Positions 7,766-15,012 are shown, counted from the first letter of the stretch. The stretch: DNA of 41,333 nt from a virus (IMGVR_UViG_3300045988_083272:1-41333), one strand, 5' to 3'. Numbers and translations are program-made. Notes: generated from the sequence alone by a model not told the origin.

Positions 7766-8531
7766 TTGTCGTTTTCAGCGGGAATAACCCCGCCCAGTTA
7801 TTTGCCATAGATTGTCGGATGATCTTACGGGCAATGTCCGGCTCCCCGTTTGAAAGTTCCCGCAATTTGGAATAACAAGCCTTTAATCCCTGCTGCCGAT
7901 AGGTCTGTCCGCGCTCAGACTTGTAAGCAAGCCATTCCGCCATCACTGGCTGGAGCGAAGGTTCGACGAAGGATAAATCAGTCTCTTTTCTTTTGCCGCA
8001 ACTTTTCTTTTTCTCTGGTCCGTTTTTTACGGATTCATCGTCAGAGTCCGGAGAGCCGATTTCCCCCTTAGGGGGATTATAGGGGGTACTACTATTCCTC
8101 TCCTTTTCCTCTCCTATTATAGTCACTGATTGATCACTGATTGATCCATGATTGATCACTGATTGATCAGTGAATTTAGCTAAAATACTGTCTAATAGCT
8201 CCTTATTAATATTTACATCGTCCAAATTAGGTCGATTGATTATTTGGTGACGGGAGAAAGTAGGAAGATAATAGAAACTCTCCGATTTGACGGAGAGAAG
8301 ACTAATAAAACCGGTCTTCTCGAGCAGCCCTAACCACGCCTCCAGCTGTTGAACCTGTATTCTGTCGTAAGGAAATATTTTTGATTTTAGCCAAACGGGA
8401 TCGGCGATCACCACACCTAAGTCGTCCGCAAAGGTCCAAAGGCCTATATATAGCAGACGGGCGTCACGAGGGATTCGGCCTATTTTCGCGTCATCCCAAA
8501 ATTGTGGCTTTATAGTTCGTATTCTCGCCAT
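7659..8531 (-). CDS. Replisome organizer / replication initiator-like protein
   Basis: N-terminus MARIRTIKPQFWDDAKIGRIPRDARLLYIGLWTFADDLG. C-terminus ...IIRQSMANNWAGLF resembles the DnaD/phage replication C-terminal region. An iteron array lies inside the gene. Confidence 0.6.
   Translation of the reverse strand: MARIRTIKPQFWDDAKIGRIPRDARLLYIGLWTFADDLGVVIADPVWLKSKIFPYDRIQVQQLEAWLGLLEKTGFISLLSVKSESFYYLPTFSRHQIINRPNLDDVNINKELLDSILAKFTDQSVINHGSISDQSVTIIGEEKERNSSTPYNPPKGEIGSPDSDDESVKNGPEKKKSCGKRKETDLSFVEPSLQPVMAEWLAYKSERGQTYRQQGLKACYSKLRELSNGEPDIARKIIRQSMANNWAGLFPLKTTNDYGRSTKNQPPSPDELARAVAEGISRAHTRQEWE
8123..8173. repeat. Iteron-like array of 4.6 copies of the 11-bp unit TCACTGATTGA; candidate origin
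   Basis: Copies at 8123-8133, 8134-8144, 8145-8155 (tccatgattga) and 8156-8166, plus a partial copy at 8167-8173. Each contains GATC. An AT-rich tract follows (8170-8260). Confidence 0.6.
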
Positions 8532-8532
8532 A

Positions 8533-8982
8533 TCATATCCATATTTGCTGGTGTTGCATCTCCCTTTCTATGAAGCCTATCCACTCCGCCTCGTCAGGCG
8601 ATGGCAGGTCTATCCCGGCCTCCGCGGCCGCCCAGTTGCGGAAACGCTCTATTGCCGTTGTCATCTCTCCGGTGTCGAGATCCCGGCTCGACCTGAGCCG
8701 TTCAACCTCTTTGTGCAGCAGCTCGTCGAACTCGACACGCACGAATAACTCCGGATTGCAGAACCTCTTGAAATACTCCGTTTTCACGTACGACAGTGTG
8801 CATCCTGTCTGCATTGCGAACTCGCCGAGTATCACGTGCAAATAGCGGTTCTGCGGGGAAGTACGCCGGGGCTTGCGCTCCGAACACTCGACAACGGCCC
8901 GACGCGTCATCAGAGCGTTTGCACGTCGCTTGAAGCGCTCCCGGTCGATGTCGGTATTCAGATCGTAAACCATACGGCTCAA
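8533..8982 (-). CDS. NinB-like recombination protein (tentative)
   Basis: KPRRTSPQNRYLHVILGEFA resembles the R(S/T)xxQN...h motif of lambda NinB/Orf. The gene lies within the recombination module. Confidence 0.45.
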   Translation of the reverse strand: MSRMVYDLNTDIDRERFKRRANALMTRRAVVECSERKPRRTSPQNRYLHVILGEFAMQTGCTLSYVKTEYFKRFCNPELFVRVEFDELLHKEVERLRSSRDLDTGEMTTAIERFRNWAAAEAGIDLPSPDEAEWIGFIEREMQHQQIWI

Positions 8983-8988
8983 ACTCTT

Positions 8989-9285
8989 TTAGAATGGTAA
9001 ATCTTCCGTATAGCTGGCAACTGGGAGGTCTGCAACTTGGTCGGGAGTAGGCTCCGCCGGGCGAAATACCACTGACTTACCTCGGCCTACATACACTCGT
9101 TTGTCCTTGCGCTCGCGCTCCTCCTTAGACTGACGCATGAACACACAATGCGTGTTCTCGTACTGGTCAGCCTCGCGGAGTTCCGACACGCAGATACTGA
9201 TGTACTTTTTGCCGTTTTCGGCAACGAAAATCTTGTCCCTGGGAATGTCGCTGACACACAGCGACACATTGATAAGTTCTGCCAT
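8989..9285 (-). CDS. Putative ssDNA-binding protein (non-canonical)
   Basis: 98 aa ending ...SYTEDLPF, which resembles the acidic SSB C-terminal tip (D-I/L-P-F). The gene is adjacent to ERF. Confidence 0.45.
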   Translation of the reverse strand: MAELINVSLCVSDIPRDKIFVAENGKKYISICVSELREADQYENTHCVFMRQSKEERERKDKRVYVGRGKSVVFRPAEPTPDQVADLPVASYTEDLPF

Positions 9286-9290
9286 TATTC

Positions 9291-9749
9291 CTATTGTTTT
9301 TTGAAAGTTGTCTTAATTACCGTTTTGCTGCTCCGAGCCGGCGGGAACATCACCACGCCAGTATCGGGGTCTGCAACCCCGGATGACGGGATGTGCTTCA
9401 ACATCGTTTCCCGTTCCTTGATGTCGGCTTTCAGGGCTTCCAGCGTGGCGTACATATCCGCCAGCTTGCTATCGCCGCACATCGAATAATCGTACTTGAC
9501 ATCCGTTTCGGCCTCCTCCAGCCGGCAGTCGCCGAACTGGTGCTTCTTGCCGTATTTGGACAACTCACGCAGCGTGATGTCTCGCACATCGACGTTATCC
9601 TTGTAGATGTCTATGGCCTTTTTCATACGGCTAATGTTGATGTAGGCCGTTATCGGGTCTACCTCCCCATTTACAACCGAGGAGATAGCCCGATCGGCCA
9701 GCTCGGATGCAGATGCCGTTTCCCGAATCAATGTTACCTGTGTCTCCAT
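9291..9749 (-). CDS. Hypothetical protein (start trimmed to Met 9749)
   Basis: The Met codon lies 1 nt after the ERF stop at 9751-9753. Confidence 0.5.
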   Translation of the reverse strand: METQVTLIRETASASELADRAISSVVNGEVDPITAYINISRMKKAIDIYKDNVDVRDITLRELSKYGKKHQFGDCRLEEAETDVKYDYSMCGDSKLADMYATLEALKADIKERETMLKHIPSSGVADPDTGVVMFPPARSSKTVIKTTFKKQ

Positions 9750-9750
9750 A

Positions 9751-10422
9751 TCACTTCGTATTTTTCCGGGCCTGACGATATGATTCGAAGAGCGCCGAGA
9801 AGCGGTCCACGACCTCCGCATCGGCATCGTATGATTTCAGCAATCGCGCTCCGGCGTCGAAGTCCGCGGCATAGTTTGCCGTAGTGAGAAATCCATACAT
9901 CCATTTCATCAGCTGGTCGCAGACGATGGCGTCGTCCAGCTGTTCCATCGTGATACGCTTGCGGGCCGGAGCAGTTGCCGGGACCGTGGACGGTTGTGCT
10001 GTTTTGGTACTTTGTGCCGCCGCCCGGTTGGCGTTCTCCGTGTGCCGCTCGTCCGTGTCCGCATCTTTCGTATCGTCGATGCAGAACAACCCGTTAAGGG
10101 CATATTTGCGGGCATAACTGGATGCTGTACCCGTTATCTGAGGCCCGTCCATACCCTTCTTGTCGAGGTCCTCGCGGGCAAAGGCCGTTGCCGTCTCGAC
10201 CTCTCCGGCGGCGTTCGTGATGCGCGCCGTGGCCTTCACGTAGTAGCGGTCCCCGACGGCGACGATGTCGTCGCACAGGTTCAGGACGCATTCGTGCGCC
10301 TTGAGTATCGGTTTGACCGCTTCAAGAATATCCTCGCAGCTCCGGTACCTGTATTCCCCGAAGCTGTTATACTGCCCTTTGGGGGCTTTCAATTCCGACT
10401 GGATGGCGATTAACTCTTTCAT
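9751..10422 (-). CDS. erf: ERF-family single-strand annealing protein
   Basis: NSFGEYRYRSCEDILEAVKPIL...GMDGPQITGTASSYARKYALNGLFCID matches the ERF superfamily pattern. Confidence 0.8.
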   Translation of the reverse strand: MKELIAIQSELKAPKGQYNSFGEYRYRSCEDILEAVKPILKAHECVLNLCDDIVAVGDRYYVKATARITNAAGEVETATAFAREDLDKKGMDGPQITGTASSYARKYALNGLFCIDDTKDADTDERHTENANRAAAQSTKTAQPSTVPATAPARKRITMEQLDDAIVCDQLMKWMYGFLTTANYAADFDAGARLLKSYDADAEVVDRFSALFESYRQARKNTK

Positions 10423-10425
10423 GGC

Positions 10426-10596
10426 TTAGTCTTCGATATAGGTTACTTCAGGTGCTGTAACTTTGGCCGGATCGAGATTGCACATGCAATCCCGTTTGGC
10501 TTTCTCGATCTCTTTGGCCGTCATGCGGCGGTTCTCCTCATGGCTGGTGATCAGCTTGCCGGTAGCTCGGCTTCTGACCTCGATACGTGTTTTCAT
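10426..10596 (-). CDS. Small hypothetical protein (56 aa)
   Basis: ORF MKTRIEVRSRATGKLITSHEENRRM...VTYIED fills the gap between two genes. Confidence 0.35.
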   Translation of the reverse strand: MKTRIEVRSRATGKLITSHEENRRMTAKEIEKAKRDCMCNLDPAKVTAPEVTYIED

Positions 10597-10621
10597 GATT
10601 TTTATAAGTTGTTTATGTTTT

Positions 10622-11050
10622 TCAGTACTTCCAAAGCATCCGGTGCTTGCGGGCGTAGTCGTTCACGCGCTTGGCGAGCGTCGGGCGGAGGCAGTCGAAC
10701 ACCGTATCATAACACCCCGCGACGTCGAACTCGAAATCGTTGCCGTTCTTGTCGTAAGCCTCGCGGCAATGCCCGCGAACCGTAAACTCGTAGACGCCCC
10801 AGTCGATGACCATTTCGTAGCCATCCCCGAATTTGAGAGGCTCCCAATATATCGGGCGCTCCCCGGGCGTCGTGAATACGTCCTTTATATGTTCTGCGAG
10901 CAGCTCGATAGACTTTTCCGACACGGCGAACTCGTTGAGCGTCGGACGCTTCTTGGCCGTTCCCGTGATGTGCTCGCTGGGAATGTCCACCAACTCTTCC
11001 GTAACCGGGAGGGCCGGGGATGTCGTCGTAGTTAGGTATTGCGTGTTCAT
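10622..11050 (-). CDS. Hypothetical protein
   Basis: 142-aa ORF with a 4-nt overlap onto the upstream gene. Confidence 0.55.
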   Translation of the reverse strand: MNTQYLTTTTSPALPVTEELVDIPSEHITGTAKKRPTLNEFAVSEKSIELLAEHIKDVFTTPGERPIYWEPLKFGDGYEMVIDWGVYEFTVRGHCREAYDKNGNDFEFDVAGCYDTVFDCLRPTLAKRVNDYARKHRMLWKY

Positions 11051-11325
11051 GGTAACTGACGGTGTAAAAAGGTTGGATGTTTGCGATGACCCTCATCCCA
11101 GCCTGCGAACGGCCACGGAACGGGCATTGCTTCGGTATGATTGCCTTTGACTTCGGACGCGGGGAGATGACCCGCATCCCGAAGTTTGGAGAGCCGCATC
11201 TTCACGGCGCATTCAGTTCGCCCGAGCTCCGCCGCTATCTCTTCGATGCTGGTGCCTTGACGGTACATATATATCAGATTGTTGATGTCGTCAAGACCCC
11301 AGCGAGGCTTGGTTTCCTTTCTCAT
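11047..11325 (-). CDS. HTH DNA-binding regulator (sigma-70 region 4 / LuxR-like fold)
   Basis: WGLDDINNLIYMYRQGTSIEEIAAELGRTECAVKMRLSKL. Confidence 0.55.
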   Translation of the reverse strand: MRKETKPRWGLDDINNLIYMYRQGTSIEEIAAELGRTECAVKMRLSKLRDAGHLPASEVKGNHTEAMPVPWPFAGWDEGHRKHPTFLHRQLP

Positions 11326-11327
11326 GG

Positions 11328-11450
11328 CTAATCGAATATTTCGTTAATCCGCTTTTCGATACGTTCTTTGCGGTGCTGATCCGAGAATACCCACCCAAAG
11401 GTGATAACTATCGGCACAATGAACAACATGAAAGTGATTAAATGTGTCAT
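11328..11450 (-). CDS. Small single-pass membrane protein (40 aa)
   Basis: MTHLITFMLFIVPIVITFGWVF... with an ATGA overlap onto the upstream small ORF. Confidence 0.45.
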   Translation of the reverse strand: MTHLITFMLFIVPIVITFGWVFSDQHRKERIEKRINEIFD

Positions 11451-11614
11451 AGCTGATTCCTCCCTTTCATTCGATTGTATGATACATAATTCCAAAGGTT
11501 GACTTTGCGCGAAATACGGTGCTTGGTGCGGTGCCACGCCCGCCAGATGATGTCGTAAAGCAATTGCTTGTCGGTGCGTCTCACGCCCCCGATAAGCTGG
11601 ATTTCATTCTCCAT
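11447..11614 (-). CDS. Small hypothetical protein (55 aa)
   Basis: MENEIQLIGGVRRTDKQLLYDIIWRAWHRTKHRISRK... with an ATGA overlap onto the downstream gene. Confidence 0.4.
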   Translation of the reverse strand: MENEIQLIGGVRRTDKQLLYDIIWRAWHRTKHRISRKVNLWNYVSYNRMKGRNQL

Positions 11615-11625
11615 GATTCAGCGGT

Positions 11626-11889
11626 TTAATGTTTGGCTTTGGGAGGAAATACCCGGCTTACGAGTATGGTGCCGACGACGACAGCATACGTCGGATAGAT
11701 CAAGCGAAACTGAGCAAGGAAACAGCCCAGGGCGTGTTCCTCGCTGGTAGCGCGGATAATGTTGGTGTAATCGACCTTCTCTAACGAGAATGTAGATTTG
11801 GCTGCCTTGAGATGGCAACGGTAAAAGCAGGTACGATGCGTTGCACGGGTACTTTTATTCCCCGTTTTGCAACTCGTGTTGTGGTTTGG
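11626..11889 (-). CDS. Hypothetical Cys/His-rich protein with a hydrophobic C-terminus (first gene of the leftward operon?)
   Basis: The ORF is open to 11967, with an internal Met at 11889. Its stop lies 11 nt before the next start. Confidence 0.3.
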   Translation of the reverse strand, partial: PNHNTSCKTGNKSTRATHRTCFYRCHLKAAKSTFSLEKVDYTNIIRATSEEHALGCFLAQFRLIYPTYAVVVGTILVSRVFPPKAKH

Positions 11890-12055
11890 CATTTGGTTAA
11901 CACAAGTTAGTTGAACAATACGTATAAAAAGAAGGACGTGCCCTCCAGTTAGTCGCCAAACCACCACAACTGCGGGTGCAGAAGTGAACCGAGAACACGC
12001 CCTAAAAGACGTTTTGTATTTTCTGATTTACCCTCAATTGGGTGGTTTGGCTTCA

Positions 12056-12087
12056 CAAATATAGGAAATCATTTTGAATCTGCAAAA
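12056..12087 (-). promoter_or_regulatory. Bacteroidota-type promoter for the leftward early operon
   Basis: On the minus strand, TTTTG (12087-12083) is followed 19 nt later by TATATTTG (12063-12056). This matches the -33 TTTG / -7 TAnnTTTG geometry. Confidence 0.5.
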
Positions 12088-12121
12088 TTATTTCAGCAAT
12101 TCGGGGTTATTCGTGGATAGG

Positions 12122-12259
12122 ATGCCAGCCGGTAAATTCGTAAACGGCAAGTTGTGCAAGCTCGTATTTTGCAAGTACATCCGTAAGAATGGCAAGATCA
12201 TTTATCCTAAAAAAGCGAAGGCTTTCAGGATTTGGGTGCCGGTCAATAATGCGGCTTAA
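12122..12259 (+). CDS. Small basic protein (45 aa), a stand-alone rightward gene
   Basis: MPAGKFVNGKLCKLVFCKYIRKNGKIIYPKKAKAFRIWVP.... A strong hairpin terminator follows. A candidate promoter has TTTG at 12046-12049 and TCATTTTG at 12069-12076. Confidence 0.45.
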   Translation: MPAGKFVNGKLCKLVFCKYIRKNGKIIYPKKAKAFRIWVPVNNAA

Positions 12260-12271
12260 CAAGTTACCGTC

Positions 12272-12300
12272 GTGGAGTGGTAGGACACTCCACTTTTATT
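12272..12300 (+). terminator. Intrinsic terminator
   Basis: gtggagtg (12272-12279) pairs with cactccac (12286-12293), followed by ttttattt. Confidence 0.7.
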
Positions 12301-12306
12301 TAGAAT

Positions 12307-12471
12307 TTACCCCAAATTCAATGCCATCCTCCGCGCCCTCTCGGCATTTTTGAGGTAGCGCGCCTTGTATTTCTCATTGGCTTTCTCCGGAGGAACCAGG
12401 ATTACCGTGTTTCTATCGAGCCGTAAGGGAACGAGATTCTTTTCTTTAATATCCTTGAAAATATCATTCAT
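12307..12471 (-). CDS. Small hypothetical protein (54 aa)
   Basis: MNDIFKDIKEKNLVPLRLDRNTVILVPPEKANEKYKARYLKNAERARRMALNLG. Its start is 22 nt downstream of the tRNA-Gln 3' end. Confidence 0.35.
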   Translation of the reverse strand: MNDIFKDIKEKNLVPLRLDRNTVILVPPEKANEKYKARYLKNAERARRMALNLG

Positions 12472-12493
12472 AATTACAAGAACTTATCACTTG

Positions 12494-12564
12494 TTGAGCT
12501 ACCCGGATTCGAACCGGAAGCGCCACCTCCAAAGGGTGATGTGTTACCGTTACACCATAGCTCA
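12494..12564 (-). tRNA. tRNA-Gln (anticodon UUG)
   Basis: Hand-folded cloverleaf: acceptor TGAGCTA/TAGCTCA (U1:A72), D arm GTGT-AACGGTA-ACAC, anticodon arm TCACC-CTTTGGA-GGTGG, T arm TCCGG-TTCGAAT-CCGGG. No encoded CCA. Confidence 0.85.
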
Positions 12565-12712
12565 ATAAATGCCGGTCTTTCCCGGCTGCCAGATGCTTTC
12601 GCATAACCTGTCCGATAGAGTCAAGCGTCTGTTCCGCTTTGCCATTGCCGCGCAATCGGCAATAATCCCTTGCGCTATCGTCGCTCTACTTGCATCATCA
12701 ACAAAGGGGTTG

Positions 12713-12797
12713 CGGAGGGTGAGAGATTCGAACTCCCGAAGCGTTTCCGCTCGCCGGATTAGTAAGCCGGAGCCTTCAACCACTCGGCCAACCCTCC
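12713..12797 (-). tRNA. Type II, Ser-like tRNA with an aberrant anticodon arm (nominal anticodon ACU)
   Basis: Acceptor GGAGGGT/ACCCTCC with discriminator G. D arm GCCG-AGTGGTTGA-AGGC. Long variable arm CGAGCGGAAACGCTTC. T arm GGGAG-TTCGAAT-CTCTC. Anticodon arm CCGG(C)-TTACTAA-(T)CCGG has a C:U mismatch at 31:39. Confidence 0.7.
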
Positions 12798-12863
12798 AAA
12801 TATCGCCCGCGGGCCTCACGGATGGCGGGCGACGGTTCTTGTTATGACGTAAGTAAGGCGTCG

Positions 12864-13124
12864 TCACGCCTTTTCTTTGACGAAACGCCCGCCGGCGCCG
12901 CGTTTACGCTGATACTTTTGCAATTCGGCCTCAGCGGCATAACGAATGTTCCGTTCTTCGGCGCACTTTTTCAGGAGGTCATTGCGGTCTTTTTCACCCG
13001 CGGTGAAACTCCGGCGAATGTCCGCATTTACGCGCTCGAGCCGTTCGATCTCCGCGCGGTATCGCTTCCGCGGAGTGAAGTCCATGCCCAGAAATTTCCG
13101 GGCCTTGAATGTCTCGGTTCTCAT
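12864..13124 (-). CDS. Hypothetical basic coiled-coil protein
   Basis: 86-aa ORF with an ATGA-type 4-nt overlap onto the upstream gene. Confidence 0.5.
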   Translation of the reverse strand: MRTETFKARKFLGMDFTPRKRYRAEIERLERVNADIRRSFTAGEKDRNDLLKKCAEERNIRYAAEAELQKYQRKRGAGGRFVKEKA

Positions 13125-13366
13125 ATTTGTGCAATTTCAGGGTTAACGACCATATGATACTCTTTGTAGCGGACAACCCGCCCTCTGTCTGCGTCGTGGC
13201 TGTAACACCAATCGCCAACGATGATGTAGCCTTTGCGCCGGAGCCTCGTGACAATCTTCCGCAGCTCCGTCGTGCCAAATTTGCTCATCGCTTTCCACAC
13301 GGTCAGCGTGCCTCCTCTGATGAAGTAGGCCAATATGCGAGCTTGTGGCTTTTTTAAATTCTCCAT
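13121..13366 (-). CDS. Winged-helix DNA-binding protein (tentative)
   Basis: ARILAYFIRGGTLTVWKAMSKFGTTELRKIVTRLRRKGYII has a wHTH-like pattern. Confidence 0.5.
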   Translation of the reverse strand: MENLKKPQARILAYFIRGGTLTVWKAMSKFGTTELRKIVTRLRRKGYIIVGDWCYSHDADRGRVVRYKEYHMVVNPEIAQI

Positions 13367-13788
13367 AGTTTTGAAATTTTAAGGTATTCGTGCCCTGACG
13401 CCATCGAAGGCAAGGCTCACCGATCACGTGCATCGGCGCCATCAGGGCAAGGGTGCGGGCTTTGCGCGGTGTGATAACCACTAACTTAAACTACTACAAA
13501 ATGGACAGAAAGAACGTGTGCACAAAACCCGCATTGGAGCCCGGATAGGTACATTCAAACCACACCGGGCATAGTGTTGATACGGCTCACCGGATCGCTC
13601 CGGATCATCGCTCGCTCGTTGGTATTTATCTGTTGCCAGCCCTTCTGCGCCAAGTCGCTCACTGGGTTTTACATCCACTCGGATGGTTCTCGTGTATCAA
13701 TACGCCAAAGACCCGAAAATCGCTTTCTGCCTTGCAGCTGGGGTTATTGCCAGCGATCAAACCCCTAACCCTTGCGGGCTGCTATCTT

Positions 13789-13885
13789 GGGAGTGCGGCA
13801 GGATTCGAACCTGCGTAGATGGTACTTTACTTCACATCTCCTTCCGTTAGTTATGCGGAGGCATTGCCAACCTGCCACGCACTCC
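13789..13885 (-). tRNA. Atypical tRNA-like element (8-bp acceptor, very long extra arm, 9-nt anticodon-position loop); identity undetermined
   Basis: GGAGTGCG pairs with CGCACTCC. D arm GGCA-GGTTGGCAA-TGCC. Anticodon-position arm TCCG-CATAACTAA-CGGA. Extra arm AGATG...CATCT (23 nt). T arm GCAGG-TTCGAAT-CCTGC. Confidence 0.5.
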
Positions 13886-13892
13886 TTGTTGG

Positions 13893-14255
13893 TTAGTTTT
13901 CTATAAACTCCTCCACCCGGAAGCCTCGGCTTCGGCGGGGATTGCGCAACCTGCGACATTCGAAATCCGTACTGAACACCTCCACCGAGAACAGACACAG
14001 CAGAACCGCGGCCCCGATGCGTCGGGTCATCTCTGACACGTTGAGCGTGATGCCGAAATTCTGCGTGAAATACCAGGTAACCAATGCCTGCAAGGTCCGC
14101 TTCGTCCCCGTCTTGTCGTAGATGCTCTGGAGGTGGTTCGCTACGCATTGGTAGATCACGTTCATCCGTTCTGCGATCTCGCGGGCCGAATAGCCCAGCA
14201 CGACGAGGTTCATCACCTCACGTTCGCGTTTGCTCAGTATGGCGTCAGTTTTCAT
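13893..14255 (-). CDS. LuxR/GerE-type HTH transcriptional regulator with a hydrophobic C-terminal segment
   Basis: LSKREREVMNLVVLGYSAREIAERMNVIYQCVANHLQSIYDKTG, followed by IGAAVLLCLFSVEVF. Confidence 0.7.
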   Translation of the reverse strand: MKTDAILSKREREVMNLVVLGYSAREIAERMNVIYQCVANHLQSIYDKTGTKRTLQALVTWYFTQNFGITLNVSEMTRRIGAAVLLCLFSVEVFSTDFECRRLRNPRRSRGFRVEEFIEN

Positions 14256-14259
14256 AGTC

Positions 14260-14517
14260 TTAAGCCAGCCCCCAGGGATCGGATACTCCCCATTTGGTAA
14301 ATATCTGTTCGATCTTTTCCCGTTCTGTGGGCGTATGGTTCACATAGCCGTATTTGCGATTGTGGAACGCTTTGTCGCATAACCCGCCTTCTTTTAATGC
14401 CTGGCTGATCTCATCCATAGCAATGCTGGCAAGGTCCCGGCCTTTTCTCCGGGCGCGGATGACGTTGTAACCCTTTACAAAGGCGCAACGCTCGATGTCT
14501 TCTTGTGAATGATTCAT
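14260..14517 (-). CDS. Hypothetical protein
   Basis: 85-aa ORF, 4 nt upstream of the LuxR-type gene. Confidence 0.5.
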   Translation of the reverse strand: MNHSQEDIERCAFVKGYNVIRARRKGRDLASIAMDEISQALKEGGLCDKAFHNRKYGYVNHTPTEREKIEQIFTKWGVSDPWGLA

Positions 14518-14631
14518 TGTTATTATTTGTCTAAAATTTCAAGTATTCGTTTAATGCATTCCGCCTACTCTTCGAGTAAGGCCGTCAGGCGGTCGGCTGA
14601 TTCGATGATCTCGGCCATGTCCGTATTGCGA

Positions 14632-14880
14632 CTATTTACCCTTCCTCTCTCGATTAAATCGCGAGAAGGATGCCCAGTCTACGCTCGTTGCCTCGTTAAG
14701 CGCCTTCATCAGCATAGGCACGATGCAGCAATGCTGAATCTCGGCGTACTCCCGGGCGAAATCTTCTATGTCCATGTTGAGTGTTAAGGCTGTTTCGTTA
14801 ATGAGGTTAATTTCTTCATCCGTCGTGTACTCCCCAACAATACGCTTGAGTTCTTCAGTTGTCATCATGGTTGTAAGCAA
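14632..14880 (-). CDS. Hypothetical acidic protein; first leftward gene at the divergent switch
   Basis: 82-aa ORF bordering the AT-rich 221-bp divergent intergenic region. Confidence 0.5.
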   Translation of the reverse strand: MLTTMMTTEELKRIVGEYTTDEEINLINETALTLNMDIEDFAREYAEIQHCCIVPMLMKALNEATSVDWASFSRFNRERKGK

Positions 14881-14981
14881 TAATTGATAATGTTATATTC
14901 AAATAACTTAGTAAACCCTATTGGCACACTATTTCGCCCTTTCGGATTTGGTTGTTTCAATCTTTTTTATATATCTTTACA

Positions 14982-15012
14982 TTGTTTTGCGGCGTAGAAC
15001 TATTTACCTTTG
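14982..15012 (+). promoter_or_regulatory. Bacteroidota-type rightward promoter
   Basis: TTG (14982-14984), N20, TACCTTTG (15005-15012). Two direct copies of TTTGCGG(C/T)GTAG at 14986-14997 and 15009-15020 could be operators. Confidence 0.45.

Noticed and set aside
12562-12867. 101-aa minus-strand ORF, plus plus-strand ORFs at 12365-12568 and 12569-12847
   Set aside because: They run straight through two well-folding tRNA genes, so they are considered spurious.
13367-13885. Phage-encoded tmRNA, suggested by a tRNA-like end next to a long non-coding stretch
   Set aside because: The tRNA-like element is a contiguous cloverleaf rather than split 5'/3' halves. I could not find a plausible tag reading frame ending in ...ALAA-stop.
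13765-14148. 127-aa minus-strand ORF, and the antisense ORF 15563-16039 (158 aa)
   Set aside because: The first overlaps the tRNA-like element and the LuxR-type gene out of frame. The second is antisense to a better-supported membrane-protein gene. Neither has motifs.
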